Origin: Eledone cirrhosa
Lineage: Eukaryota
DNA length: 64,000 nt
NCBI GenBank assembly: GCA_964016885.1
Contig: OZ024752.1
Location: 46,314,001-46,378,000 of the forward strand
Reading direction: 5' to 3'
Part shown: one piece after another, positions 52,141 to 64,000 of the stretch
Position numbering within the stretch: the first letter of the stretch is position 1
Layout: each line of letters opens with the position of its first letter
Position numbers and translations under genes: made by a program
Notes under the pieces: generated by a model
Told to the model about the DNA's origin: nothing
Databases searched by the model: none
Seen by the model: only the letters and a program-made list of their open reading frames with translations

Positions 52141-52149
52141 TGATAGGGA

Positions 52150-52516
52150 CAAAAGAAAAAAAATGATAGAACAAAAGAAAAAAAATGATAGAACAAAAGA
52201 AAAAAAATGATAGAACAAAAGAAAAAAAATGATAGAACAAAAGAAAAAAAATGATAGAACAAAAGAAAAAAATGATAGAACAAAAGAAAAAAAATGATAG
52301 AACAAAAGAAAAAAAATGATAGAACAAAAGAAAAAAAATGATAGAACAAAAGAAAAAAAATGATAGAACAAAAGAAAAAAAATGATAGAACAAAAGAAAA
52401 AAAATGATAGAACAAAAGAAAAAAAATGATAGAACAAAAGAAAAAAAATGATAGAACAAAAGAAAAAAAATGATAGAACAAAAGAAAAAAAATGATAGAA
52501 CAAAAGAAAAAAATGA
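52150..52516. repeat. 22-bp repeat (aaaagaaaaaaaatgatagaac) x about 17, just downstream of the SNAPC2 stop
   Basis: Direct reading. Confidence 0.95.
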
Positions 52517-52546
52517 TTGACAGACGATAGAAGAAAGAGAACTGTT

Positions 52547-53490
52547 TTATTGATTATGTTCTGTGAATTCAATATTTGTCAGGTGAGGAGGAATACACAG
52601 TGGATTGATCCAAAGTGTGTCTGGTCGAAACATGAGACTTTTTGAAGGTTCAGAAATAGTTACAAAGTCTTTGCAATGTTCTTCACTACCATCCTCCATT
52701 TTCAGGTATTTTCTAGACACGGCACCTTCTTCTATTGGCCGTTTGGACCCTTCTTGTGGCCTATCAGGATTTACACACACAGTGCCCAGCAAGTCCTCTT
52801 GTGGCCTATTAGGAGTTACAACTACAGCTCCTGTAAGGGATTCTTGTGGATTAATAGGACTTACAACCAAACCGCCTAACAGGTTTTCTTGTGGTTTAAC
52901 AGGACTTACAATTACAGTGCCTGTCAGGGCCTCTTGTAACATGTTAGTATTTACAACCATAGATCTCACCAAGTTCTCTTGTGGTTCATTAGGACTTACA
53001 CTCACAACAACTGGCAGGTTCTTTGGATCTGTGATATCTTTCTGAGGGTGAGACTTCAAAGTTGTATCACTTTTCTCTTGTGACATAACAACTTCTTTAT
53101 TCTTCACATTACCATCTTCCTCTAATTCAGTGGAGGTGGTCTGATTTGGATTTTCTTCTGAATCACCATCTATAACAGGTTCATTATTTTCCCACAAAGG
53201 TTTCATGGATGGATCGGCAAGACTAACTACAATTGGATTCAGTTTTACAACAGTTGCTTTAGTACCGTCAGGCAATAGTTCGTCAACGTGTTGAATTTCA
53301 TAAATCACCGTACTCTTTTTGCCAGGTTCCTCTTTTGGCGTGGGTTTAGGTTGAGGTTTTTTTGCAACTGTTTTCGGTTTTGTCAATAACCGATGTAATA
53401 TTCTTTGCTGTTTTCCTTGTCTTTCTTCAGGTTCCAGTATCTTTTTCTTGGCCGATTCGGAAAGTTCTGACATATCCATTGATTGAAAAT
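52547..53490 (-). CDS. SNAPC2: snRNA-activating protein complex subunit 2 (SNAP45)-like, coding exon 8 (last, 944 nt)
   Basis: Acceptor tttcAG at 53492-53491, phase 1 (G|AT TTT CAA TCA ATG), in frame with the 310-aa ORF. C-terminal LWINPLCIPPHL resembles the vertebrate PLNPFLVPLELL. Confidence 0.85.
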
Positions 53491-54141
53491 CTGAAATTTG
53501 GAAACAATAGTGTATATATAATTATATATCAGTGACAATACAGGGTATATAATATATAATGTATATATAATTGAGTAACAGTAGTGGGTATATAATTATT
53601 TGTCGGTGACAATACTGGCTATATAATATATAATTCAGTAATAATAGTATATATATATATACTAGGGTTGGTGTTAGGAAGGGCATCCAGCTGTAGAAAT
53701 CAAGCCAAAAGCGGACGTGAAATGAAATGAAATGATATATAATTATATGTCAGTGACAATAGTGGGTATATAATATATAATGTATATATAATTGAGTAAT
53801 AATAGTGTATATATTATTATATGCCTGAGAATAGTGGGTATATATATATATGATTACAATAGTGTATATATAATATATAATGTATATATAATTCAATAGG
53901 TGTTTAAGATGGGGTGGAAATAGGTATGATAAGCTATTTTAAATGAGATATATTTAGGGGAAGGAAGGTGTAGTAAGACAGATGATAATTTAAACAGAAA
54001 CCATTTAAAATAAGTCGGTTTAGTTTCATAGAACCAGAAATGGTTTTGCTTTGGTTTGGTTTAGTTTGGTTTGGGTTGATATCAAAAGGGTTAAGGATAA
54101 GTTTATATTGAGAGAATGTTAAATAACAAGAAAATTCCTAC

Positions 54142-54300
54142 CGTTTTCTAAAGCTTTCTGTATTTGGTGTTTGTTAGAAGCGGCATTATTCGCAGTCAAA
54201 GCGCTGCACTTCCAGAGTAACATATTTTTCTGGGCTTCAAGATCTGACACAGACAGCTTGAAGAACATCGTGTCCAGGAGTTCTAACACCACAGCAGATT
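54142..54300 (-). CDS. SNAPC2: SNAPC2-like coding exon 7 (159 nt, phase 1-1)
   Basis: ESAVVLELLDTMFFKL...KALEN, compared with human ESAVVLDLLMSLPEEL; AG at 54302-54301, donor G|GTAGGA. Confidence 0.88.
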
Positions 54301-54325
54301 CTAATGAATAATTGTATATATGATT

Positions 54326-54489
54326 AGACTGACAGGCAGACAGACAGATAGACAGATAGATAGAGAGAGAGAGAGAGACATACAGACAGAGAGAGAGAGA
54401 GAGAGACATACAGACAGAGAGAGAGAGAGACAGACAGAGAGACAGGCAGACAGATAGATAGATAGAGAGAGAGGGAGAGACATACAGAC

Positions 54490-54528
<39 letters not shown>

Positions 54529-54771
54529 GAGACAGATAGACAGACATACAGACAGATAGGTAGAGAGAGAGACAGACAGACAGACAGAGAGAGAGACAAA
54601 TAGACAGAGACATAGATAGACAGACAGATAGATAGGTAGGTAGAAAGACAGAGAGAGAGACAGAGAGAGAGGGGGGAGAGAGAGAGAGAGGGGGAGGGAG
54701 GGAGAGAGAGAGAGAGGGAGAGAGGGGGAGAGAGAGAGGGGGGGAGAGAGAGAGAGAGATTGACAGAGAGA
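54326..54771. repeat. (AG)n/(AGAC)n compound microsatellite
   Basis: Direct reading. Confidence 0.95.
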
Positions 54772-54829
54772 CATTTCACTAGAAATATGGCAATGAAAGG
54801 GGGTTAATATCCACAAAGGTACTCTAAAC

Positions 54830-55167
54830 CAGGCATGTCAAACTGAGGGTACCCCGAGGGCCACATGGGTCACACATGTGTTGTCTGAGGGGGCCACGTG
54901 GGTCACACGTGTTGTCTGAGGGCCTCATGGGTCACAAATGTGTTGTCTGAGGGCCACATGTGTCACATATGTGTTGTCTGAGGGCCACATGGGTCACAGA
55001 TGTGTTGTCTGAGGGCCACATGGGTCACAGATGTGTTGTCTGAGGGCCACACATGACAACTAATATTTTATTATTTTATATTACGAAGATAAAACATGCT
55101 TGCGCTGTAAAAACCTTCATGTGGGCCGCAAGTGTGCTTGTAAAGGGCCGCATCTTTGACATGCCTG
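54830..55167. mobile_element. hAT-type MITE with 8-bp TSD and internal 31-bp tandem repeat
   Basis: TIR CAGGCATGTCAAA / TTTGACATGCCTG; TSD ctctaaac at 54822-54829 and 55168-55175; gagggccacatgggtcacagatgtgttgtct x about 6. Confidence 0.9.
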
Positions 55168-55231
55168 CTCTAAACACAGCTGAATACAGATATTCCAAGT
55201 ATAAAAGTAAATATATATAGGCTAGACTTAC

Positions 55232-55364
55232 CTAAAGGTTCTAGTGATGGTGGTGGCAGTCCCATTAATATATTAGCCAAGTAATTATAAATTACTCGAT
55301 AATTAACACCATTTGTCTTCTCAGGGTTTTTCGGAACTTCATTTTGTCCAATCAGTGACATTAG
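55232..55364 (-). CDS. SNAPC2: SNAPC2-like coding exon 6 (133 nt, phase 0-1)
   Basis: LMSLIGQNE...GVNYRVIYNYLANILMGLPPPSLEPL, compared with human VDFEKIYKYLSSV...PELSAA; ttttaattAG acceptor, G|GTAAGT donor. Confidence 0.88.
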
Positions 55365-55406
55365 CTAATTAAAAACAGAATAAAAACCATTATTTAAGAA
55401 AGGTTT

Positions 55407-55855
55407 GGATTGGCAGTATTGGGAGAGGGTCCAACCAACGCCATGCTTTGATGTATAGAGTTATGGCCCTTGCCATTCTGAGTTCAAATCCCGCCGAGGT
55501 TAACTTTGCCTTTCATCCTTACGGGGTCGATAAAATAAAGTACCAGTAATGCACTGGGGTAATTGCTGGCCTTGTGCCTAAAGTAGAAACAATTATTTAA
55601 GAAAGGTTTCGTAATTAAGATGAAAACTAAAAAAATGGTTTCTGATTTAGGAGCAAAGCCAACAACTTGAGGGGAGGGGAGGGGGAAGTGGATTAAATTA
55701 ACCCCAGTACATTACTGGTACTATATTTTATCGATCCGGTAAGGATGAACGGCAAAGCTAATCTTGGCGAGATTTGAACTCAGATTGTAAAGGGCCATAA
55801 CTCTATGCCACAAATCATGTTGTCCAACGCTCTACCGATGACTGCTAATCCACTA
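55407..55855. mobile_element. Inverted pair of SINE family A copies (55407-55591 plus, about 55637-55855 minus)
   Basis: The plus copy has an 18-bp TSD attatttaagaaaggttt (55389-55406, 55592-55609). Confidence 0.85.
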
Positions 55856-56049
55856 CTTTAAGGATATAAAATAATAACTGTTACTTAATGCTTGATGTCA
55901 GGTGAGGGAAGTAGTGATATTAAGGATTATTTCCTATACCAGTGCAGTTTTCTCTCTTCTACACTAGACTTGATTCTTCTTGTTATACCCAGGTTCTTCC
56001 CTCAGCCCATCCAACCTTTGCCATTCATGCACACTAACATATTAGAGAA

Positions 56050-56400
56050 AAAGCATAAAGACCCCCTTTGGTTACGAATGACCATGGGATTTTCACCTAG
56101 AAAGTTCCCTTCCACAGCACATATCTGGGCAAGGTTTGTTTGTGGAAGACTAGTAGTCACCCATGCATACCAGTCTCCCCTCTCCATGCCACCGATGATG
56201 TCCAAGGGAAAGGTAACGGCGACCCGATACAGCTTGACACCAGTGACATCACAACTCATTTCTACAGCTGAGCTGGGTAAACTGGAGCAACATGAAATAA
56301 AGTGTCTTGCTTAAGAACACAACACATTGCCCAGTCCGGGAATTGAACTCACAACCTCGCAATTAGAAGCCAAACGCCCAAACCACCAAGCCATGCATCT
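56050..56400 (-). mobile_element. Near full-length SINE family C
   Basis: tRNA-like head (tggcttggtggtt...gagttcaattcc), cttaagcaagacacttt core, RTE-like tail; fragments also at 40840-41030, 47845-48005 and 48490-48680. Confidence 0.75.
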
Positions 56401-56462
56401 AACATATTGACAGAGAAAGAAAGGAAGAAAACGAGGGAAGGTTAGGAAAGTAAAGTGGTTAC

Positions 56463-56534
56463 CTTTCCAATCATGAGGGAGCTGTTATCATGTGCTCTAT
56501 CACCAATGATGTCATACATCAACTGTGACCAAAG
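56463..56534 (-). CDS. SNAPC2: SNAPC2-like coding exon 5 (72 nt, phase 0-0)
   Basis: LWSQLMYDIIGDRAHDNSSLMIGK, compared with human VWTDLAEKIT...AFSQ; ttcCAG acceptor, AAG|GTAACC donor. Confidence 0.82.
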
Positions 56535-57081
56535 CTGGAATATCAAACAAAACAGATCCTTACATTAGGAACTGTAGAAACACTTATAAAATATATTTAA
56601 TAAATATCTATAACAGAACTTTATTTCACTCTATTTCATGTTACTCCAGTACACTTAGCTGAGATGATTGAGTACCAGTAGTAGCTGGGGAGTTAATCTT
56701 GTGATAGACTAGTGTCCTGTGCAGGGGGAAGTCTTGTACTCTCAGCTGCTTAATGCCAAGGAAACATGGGATAAACACCAGATAACCATGGGATAAACGG
56801 CCGGATTAGAACAGACTTTAACTAACTATATTAGAACACAGCAGATATTTGAAGATTTTAGAGTAAATTTAATCTTTAGGACGCTGAATTTTTTTATGAA
56901 TTGCTTCCCTTCACACTATATTATGTACTAAAAGGGGATTACTCTATCAGCGAATTATGTCACCAACAGCACCAAGAGGGTTAAGGTATTGAGTACTTTT
57001 ATGCCGCTTCATTTTGTTTGTTTAAAATTATATAAATTAATAAGAATAAAAGAAATTGAAAATAAAATGTTTGTTGCTTAC

Positions 57082-57128
57082 ATTAATACATTCAATGTAT
57101 TTGAATTCTGGATTACAATTTCTGATTT
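57082..57128 (-). CDS. SNAPC2: SNAPC2-like coding exon 4 (47 nt, phase 1-0)
   Basis: (K)IRNCNPEFKYIECIN; tttttattttAG acceptor, GTAAGC donor; exactly bridges the phases of exons 3 and 5. Confidence 0.78.
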
Positions 57129-57920
57129 CTAAAATAAAAAGAAGAAATATTTAATAATGGTAGAAAAACTTTATCAGAACAAAATGTTTAACTCATAACA
57201 TTGTATACCACATGAAACTGCATAAGTAAGATATTCTTTAAAAGTACACAACAGGTCTATGACTTCATCATATTAAAAATTTAAGTCTTTAGTTTACTTC
57301 AAATTTCTATCACAATGATCTGTCCAGTAGTAAAGATAGTATAAACATTTTAATTGACAGACCTATCTTTAGATATTCTCTGCTGAACGATTACAGAACA
57401 TTAAAAGTTAATTACTAACATTGTATATGGAACAGATTAAGACAAATGATTGCATCGTATTAAAAATTATTGTTGTTACTCTATTAATTCAAATTTCCAC
57501 AATGATCTGTCCACTAGTAAAGATACAATAAACATTTCAATTAACAGACCCATTTTTAGGTATTTTCTACTGAATAACTGGAATGGTATGAACCCTTAAC
57601 TCTCGAGAGAGTCATAGAGGTGCCATATTGAGATTCGGCCTTTCTTTAGGGAAGTTCTTTTAAACCTGGTGGAGCCTATCTCTTCTCCAGATGAATGATT
57701 AACAAATTCTATGAAATATTGATAAGAACTCCGGAAATCTCCACTGCTACAGGCTCTACCACAAACCTATCAGGGAGCAGCCGATACTTGGACAGTTTGC
57801 TTTCTTTAGCTTGGCTGGGTCAGCAGAGTCTGGCCTGATAGCTAAACACACCAAGTTGTCACCTGGGTAGGTGTGACAACATAGATAATGGTTATATCAA
57901 TAAAAGACATTAATACTTAC

Positions 57921-57969
57921 TGGAATATGATTCTCGGCTGTGATGTAGCTTCTTTATAAAGCAATCGAT
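57921..57969 (-). CDS. SNAPC2: SNAPC2-like coding exon 3 (49 nt, phase 0-1)
   Basis: IDCFIKKLHHSRESYS, compared with human IRVFLQQLK; tctctttAG acceptor, GTAAGT donor. Confidence 0.82.
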
Positions 57970-58119
57970 CTAAAGAGACATAAAATGCTTCAGTAACACA
58001 TTAATATTACACATTAATATTACACATTAATATTACACATTACATTTGATATCAACCTGTATAAAACCATCTTTGATTCTCTCAAACAAAACCACCCATT
58101 CTAATGGCTTTCTATTTAG

Positions 58120-58773
58120 CTCTTTATCATTTACATTACTCTATATATACTATTGTATTTTCACAGTAAAGGCTTTACCTCCCATAATATCTCACATAAC
58201 ATTTACATTACTCTATATATACTATTGTATTTTCACAGTAAAAGCTTTACCTTACATAATTATCTCACATAATATAAAATCTACGAGATTTTGATATTAT
58301 TTATTTTGAGAACAATACCTTAACATCAGTATGAGTGGCCAGTTACAGCTCATTTGAACAGAAAGAGGTGAGAGAATTCTGGCTGGATATGACCAGTTTC
58401 AATGCTAAAGGGTTAAATTAAAATCTTCCAACATAATTTCATATATGAACCTTTTGTTATATTACAAATACCATCTTGATAATGAAGTAATTAATAATTT
58501 TAGTAAATTGCTCCAAATTTGTCTTTAATCAATTCAGGGTTCAAGTATTAACCCTTTAGCATTCACATTACTCTATATTTACTATAGTAATTTTCACGGT
58601 AAAGGTTTTACCTCACATAATTATCTCACATAATATCAAATCTATGAGATTAATATTATTTATTCTGAGAACAATACCTTAAAGTCAGTATGGGGTGGCC
58701 AGTTACAGCTGGTTTGAACAGAAAGAGGCGAGAGAATTTTGGCCATATATGGGCTGGTTTAAATGCTAAAGGG
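58120..58773 (+). mobile_element. Two piggyBac-type MITE copies (about 58120-58412 and 58552-58773)
   Basis: CCCTTTAGCATT / AATGCTAAAGGG termini, with TTAA at the intact ends. Confidence 0.8.
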
Positions 58774-58779
58774 TTATGT

Positions 58780-59299
58780 AGGCTGTTGAATGGCAAGGTA
58801 CACCCCCTCAGATTCAGTGTCCAAGACATGTGAAGGCTGTTGAATGACAAGGTACACCCCCTCACAGATTCAATGTCCAAGACATGTGAAGGCTGTTGAA
58901 TGGCAAGATACACCCCCTCACAGATTCAATGTCCAAGACATGTGAAGGCTGTTGAATGACAAGGTACACCCCCTCACAGATTCAATGTCCAAGACATGTG
59001 AAGGCTGTTGAATGGCAAGGTACACCCCCTCACAGATTCAATGTCCAAGACATGTGAAGGCTGTTGAATGGCAAGGTACACCCCCTCACAATTCAGTGTC
59101 CAAGACATGTGAAGGCTGTTGAATGGCAAGGTACACCCCCTCACAGATTCAGTGTCCAAGACATGTGAAGGCTGTTGAATGGCAAGGTACACCCCCTCAC
59201 AGATTCAATGTCCAAGACATGTGAAGGCTGTTGAATGGCAAGGTACACCCCTTCACAGTTTCAGTGTCCAAGACATGTGAAGGCTGTTGAATGACAAGG
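58780..59299. repeat. 56-bp minisatellite, about 9 units
   Basis: Unit aggctgttgaatggcaaggtacaccccctcacagattcaatgtccaagacatgtga. Confidence 0.93.
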
Positions 59300-59384
59300 C
59301 CACCCTCCCCCAATACTCACACTGTTCCAAATATATTCTCCAACATGAAGTGGTCATTGTTTTTACCCAGGTCAATGTTATTCA

Positions 59385-59980
59385 ACACCACCAACACTAC
59401 CAACAACAACAACAACAACCACACTAATACCACCACCATCACTATTATCACCACCACCACCACAACCATCAACACCACCCTCACTATCACCGCCACCATC
59501 AACAAAACTACTACTATTACCACAACCACTATTATCACCACCCACACCACCACCACCACCACCACAACCATCACCACCACCACCACAACCATCACTAACA
59601 CCACCACCACCACCACCACCACCACCACAACCATCACTATCACCACCACCACCATCACAACCATCACTATCAACACCACCACCACCACCACTACCACCAC
59701 AACCATCACCACCACCACCACAACCATCACTAACACCACCACCACCACCACAACCATCACTATCACCACCACCACCATCACAACCATCACTATCAACACC
59801 ACCACCACCACCACTACCACCACAACCATCACCACCACCACCACAACCATCACTAACACCACCACCACCACCACCACCACCACCACAACCACCACCACCA
59901 CCACCACCACAACCATCACTATCAACACCACCACCACCACTACCACCATCACCACCACCACCACCACAACTATCAACACC
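59385..59980. repeat. (ACC)n-rich trinucleotide repeat
   Basis: Direct reading. Confidence 0.95.
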
Positions 59981-60742
59981 CCCATTGCTATCAATAGCAA
60001 CATTCTTTTTCTGTATTTATTCACTGGACTACGACCAGGCTTGAGCATTGCCATCAAAACAGCCATAAAAGTGATTATAATGATGAAAAGATGAAATATT
60101 TACAAGAGAATTCAGTGTTTAGTCAACAAAACACAGCTTCCTTAATATTCCTCAAGTAACATTTATTTCCTGTCACAAGAAACCTGCTAAGTCTTAGCAA
60201 TTTTATTTTACTATTTATCTTAGTGTATCTGTAAGAAGGTCACAGTACAAAATATAATTGGTGTAGAATTCTCACGTGCTGTTTTGGCTTACTTAACTCT
60301 GCTTTTATTGAAGTGATGGTCACATCATCATCATCGGCTCAGAGTTGGCTACCCACAGCAGTGAAGACTGGTTGCCTCTCCTATTACCAACCATTTTACA
60401 GTGTGTACTGGGTGTATTTATCTTGTGGATCATCAACACTAGAGAGATTGTCATGTCTTTGACACCTACAGCTAGATGCCCTTCCTATCACTAACCACTT
60501 TATAATGTCCATATACTTCCTTATACTTTCTGACCGACCACTAGTTTCACTCAGAAAGGTCATTCCAAAGCTATAGCAGCCATCCCATGGTGCAATAGAA
60601 CCAGAAACCAGATAAGTTATAAAACAAACTTTTTAACCCAACAGCCATGACACTCAAAAGGACAAGAAACAAAGATGACACTGTCTGGATTTCAACCCAA
60701 CTCCTACATGCAACAAAATATGAAAAAATTTTAATTATTTAC

Positions 60743-60806
60743 CTCAAGAACTGATTTATTTTCAAAGATCTCTTTAGCATTCTGTTTCACTTCCTCAACG
60801 GAAAAG
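60743..60806 (-). CDS. SNAPC2: SNAPC2-like coding exon 2 (64 nt, phase 2-0)
   Basis: (S)FSVEEVKQNAKEIFENKSVLE, compared with human ELRGRSEAE; ttttatattCAG acceptor, GAG|GTAAAT donor. Confidence 0.82.
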
Positions 60807-60878
60807 CTGAATATAAAATTAAAATAAAACAAGGTTAACTCTTTTTAAATGTTTTAAATAACTTTTAACTATGTTTAA

Positions 60879-61780
60879 CCCTTTATCATTTACATTACTC
60901 TATATATACTACTGTATTTTCACAGTAAAGGCTTTACCTCACATAATATCTCACATAACATTTACATTACTCTATATATACTATTGTATTTTCACAGTAA
61001 AGGCTTTACCTCACATAATATCTCACATAACATTTACATTACTCTATATATACTATTGTATTTTCACAGTAAAGGCTTTACCTCACATAATATCTCACAT
61101 AACATTTACATTACTCTATATATACTATTGTATTTTCACAGTAAAGGCTTTACCTCACATAATATCTCACATAACATTTACATTACTCTATATATACTAT
61201 TGTATTTTCATGGTAAAGGCTTTATCTCACATAATATCTCACATAACATTTACATTACTCTATATATACTATTGTATTTTCACAGTAAAGGCTTTACCTT
61301 ACATAATATCTCACATAACAATTACATTACTCTATATATACTATTGTATTTTCACAGTAAAGGCTTTACCTCACATAATATCTCACATAACATTTACATT
61401 ACTCTATATATACTATTGTATTTTCACAGTAAAGGCTTTAACTTACATAATATCTCACATAACATTTACATTACTCTATATTTACTATTGTATTTTCATG
61501 GTAAAGGCTTTATCTCACATAACATTTACATTACTCTATATTTACTATTGTATTTTCATGGTAAAGGCTTTACCTCACATAATATCTCACATAACATTTA
61601 CATTACTCTATATATACTATTGTATTTTCACAGTAAAGGCTTTACCTCACATAATATCTCACATAACATTTACATTACTCTATATATACTATTGTATTTT
61701 CACAGTAAAGGCTTTACCTCACATAATATCGAATCTATGAGATTTTGATGTTATATTTTTTAGAACAATACCTTAATACT
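60879..61780 (+). mobile_element. piggyBac-type MITE with about 12 internal 72-bp tandem units (60888-61729)
   Basis: TTAA|CCCTTTA start; unit tttacattactctatatatactattgtattttcacagtaaaggctttacctcacataatatctcacataaca. Confidence 0.85.
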
Positions 61781-62140
61781 ATTTGAAATTAAATCAACCC
61801 CAGTGCATTACTGGTACTTTATTTCATCAACCCCATAAGGATGAAAGGCAAAGCTAACTCTGTCAGGATTTGAACTCAGATGGTAAAAGGCCGTAACTCT
61901 ATGCCATAAAGCATGTCCGACGCTCCACCGATTACAACCATTCCACTGTAGCTAGCAATATTTTGTGTGTGGAGAGGGGGGGGGGTCAATTAAATCAACC
62001 CCATTACTTGACTGGTACTTTATTTTATCAACTCCTGAAGGACAAGAGACAAAGTTGATTTGGTTCCCATAAGGTGTTCAATCAAATTGCTAATTATCAT
62101 TCAATATAAAAAAATCAATAGCTTTTTACCTAATACATAC

Positions 62141-62244
62141 CTTTTCAAAGCCTCGGTAAGACGTTTGCGATCATTTATGGACCAAATTGAATGATCAAAA
62201 TTCTGTTGGACTTGTCGAATAGTTCGTTTGGATTCAGGTTTCAT
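62141..62244 (-). CDS. SNAPC2: SNAPC2-like coding exon 1 (ATG at 62244, 104 nt; exon starts at 62257)
   Basis: MKPESKRTIRQ...WSINDRKRLTEALK, compared with human MKPPPRRR...WSAREKRQLVRLL (Myb/SANT-like start); tatttCAG acceptor, AAG|GTATGT donor. Confidence 0.85.
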
Positions 62245-62290
62245 CTTAGAAATTTAACTGAAATATAGAAATTATATATATATATATATA

Positions 62291-63255
62291 TCATCATCAT
62301 CGTTTAACGTCCTTTTTCTATGCTAGCATGGGTTAGATGGGTTGTCCTTTTTGAGGCAAGTCGGGTCAGGTGACTGTGTCTGACTTGGTTTCTACAGCTA
62401 GATGCCCTTCCTAACAGCAACTACATTTACAGTGAGTGCTGGGTGATTTTTTTGTCGTGACACCTACATGACACTTTACAGTGTGGACTGGGTGCTTTTT
62501 GTTGTGACACCTACATGACCAGTTTACAGTGTGGACTGGGTGCTTTTTGTTGTGACACCTACATGACCAGTTTACAGTGTGGACTGGGTGCTTTTTGTTG
62601 TGACACCTACATGACCACTTTACAGTGTGGACTGAGTGCTTTTTGTCGTGACACCTACACAACCACTTTACAGTGTGGACTGGGTGCTTTTTGTCGTGGC
62701 ACCTACGTGACCACTTTACAGTGTGGACTGGGTGCTTTTTGTTGTGACACCTACATGACCACTTTACAGTGTGGACTGGGTGCTTTTTGTCGTGACACCT
62801 ACATGACCACTTTACAGTGTGGACTGGGTGCTTTTTGTCGTGGCACCTACGTGACCACTTTACAGTGTGGACTGGGTGCTTTTTGTTGTGACACCTACAC
62901 AACCACTTTACAGTGTGGACTGGGTGCTTTTTGTCGTGGCACCTACGTGACCACTTTACAGTGTGGACTGGGTGCTTTTTGTTGTGACACCTACATGACC
63001 ACTTTACAGTGTGGACTGAGTGCTTTTTGTCGTGACACCTACACAACCACTTTACAGTGTGGACTGGGTGCTTTTTGTCGTGGCACCTACGTGACCACTT
63101 TACAGTGTGGACTGGGTGCTTTTTGTCGTGAACCTACACAACACTTTACAGTGTGGACTGGGTGCTTTTTGTCGTGACACTTACATGACCACTTTACAGT
63201 GTGGACTGAGTGCTTTTTGTTGTCGTGACTTCTACACGACCACTTTACAGTGTGG
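62291..63255 (-). mobile_element. SINE family B with about 17 internal 48-bp tandem units
   Basis: Tail at 62291, core, then ccactttacagtgtggactgggtgctttttgttgtgacacctacatga units. Confidence 0.88.
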
Positions 63256-63326
63256 ATAGAGTGAAATATATGTGTGTGTGTGTGCATATATATAATTATT
63301 TATATATATATATACTTCGTTTTTGT

Positions 63327-63393
<67 letters not shown>

Positions 63394-63484
63394 AATCAAG
63401 CTGAAACCAGTTTCCTACTCTAAATATATAATTTATACTCTACTTATATATAATTTATACTCTACGTATTGAGGAATCACTTAC

Positions 63485-63900
63485 ATAAGGTTTTAAGTAC
63501 AGTGGGATTTTTAAAATATCTAGTCTAATAAATACATATTCATTAATTTTGGTGATATGTTTTGAGAAAGCAAGTTATCCAATGTCATTACGTATCCGAG
63601 GTGTATATGTAAACACGAGAAAAGAAAAAAACGAACATATGAACAAAAGAGTAAATAGAAATTAAAAACAAAACAATCATATATACATATTCTATAAAGA
63701 ATTAGTGCCCGACAGCTGGCGTCTTATATGTAGTTATGGAATAAAGTTAATATGCCCTCCAGTTAATTCCACTCTTTATTTAACACTTTTCATAGCAATC
63801 TGCCTACAACGATTCCTCGTTCGACAATATAAAACTTTATATTTATCTAAAAACCTTCCGTCATAATTTTACGTAAAGACCATTGGAAATTAGGCCAAAA
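63485..63900 (-). promoter_or_regulatory. Candidate 5' non-coding exon / promoter region of the SNAPC2-like gene
   Basis: The ATG exon has an acceptor, so an upstream exon is required. Consensus donor GTAAGT at 63484-63479; repeat-free and relatively CpG-enriched sequence. Confidence 0.3.
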
Positions 63901-64000
63901 GTAGACGCAAATAATAAATTATTCCATGTTTTTTCCCATCTAACTTATAAATCAGCATATTTTATGCCATAAATTAACTCAGTCTCTCTAATATACACAT

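Noticed and set aside
52605-53045. 146-aa plus-strand ORF
   Set aside because: Antisense shadow of the SNAPC2 last exon.
59321-59385. Minus-strand GTGAGT donor as an extra SNAPC2 exon
   Set aside because: No acceptor; exons 2 and 3 already join in phase and collinearly with SNAPC2.
60871-61748. 289-aa hydrophobic repeat ORF (also 34256-34780)
   Set aside because: 72-bp tandem repeat inside a MITE; the 60871 copy is antisense and intronic to SNAPC2.

Overview
Eukaryotic, AT-rich, microsatellite- and retroelement-saturated DNA. The SINE, LINE and (TA)n/(CA)n content suggests a coleoid cephalopod, probably an octopod (inference). Almost all ORFs in the supplied track are translations of simple repeats. 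Coding content: (1) an 8-coding-exon minus-strand gene (62244-52547, 523 aa, all splice phases consistent) that I recognise as SNAPC2/SNAP45 from motifs WSINDRKRL, VNYRVIYNYL, ESAVVLELL and INPLCIP; (2) a probable second minus-strand gene for a secreted or surface protein, with a phase 1-1 Cys-patterned SUEL/Gal-lectin-like exon (857-1075) and a possible signal-peptide exon (14222) that runs into a 5.5-kb 53-bp minisatellite. The most striking feature lies between about 18.7 and 51.7 kb: ten type I hammerhead ribozyme motifs with an intact core plus several degenerate or half motifs. They sit in short non-coding, (TA)n-flanked, often palindromic elements of several sequence families (Penelope-like pLTR architecture), most sharing an ACTC...GAGTRY tail stem. 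Also present: R4/Dong, RTE, CR1 and Tx1-like LINE ends, three SINE families, piggyBac-type and hAT-type MITEs, and many minisatellites seeded inside transposons. Everything was read by eye; no database search or folding program was run.
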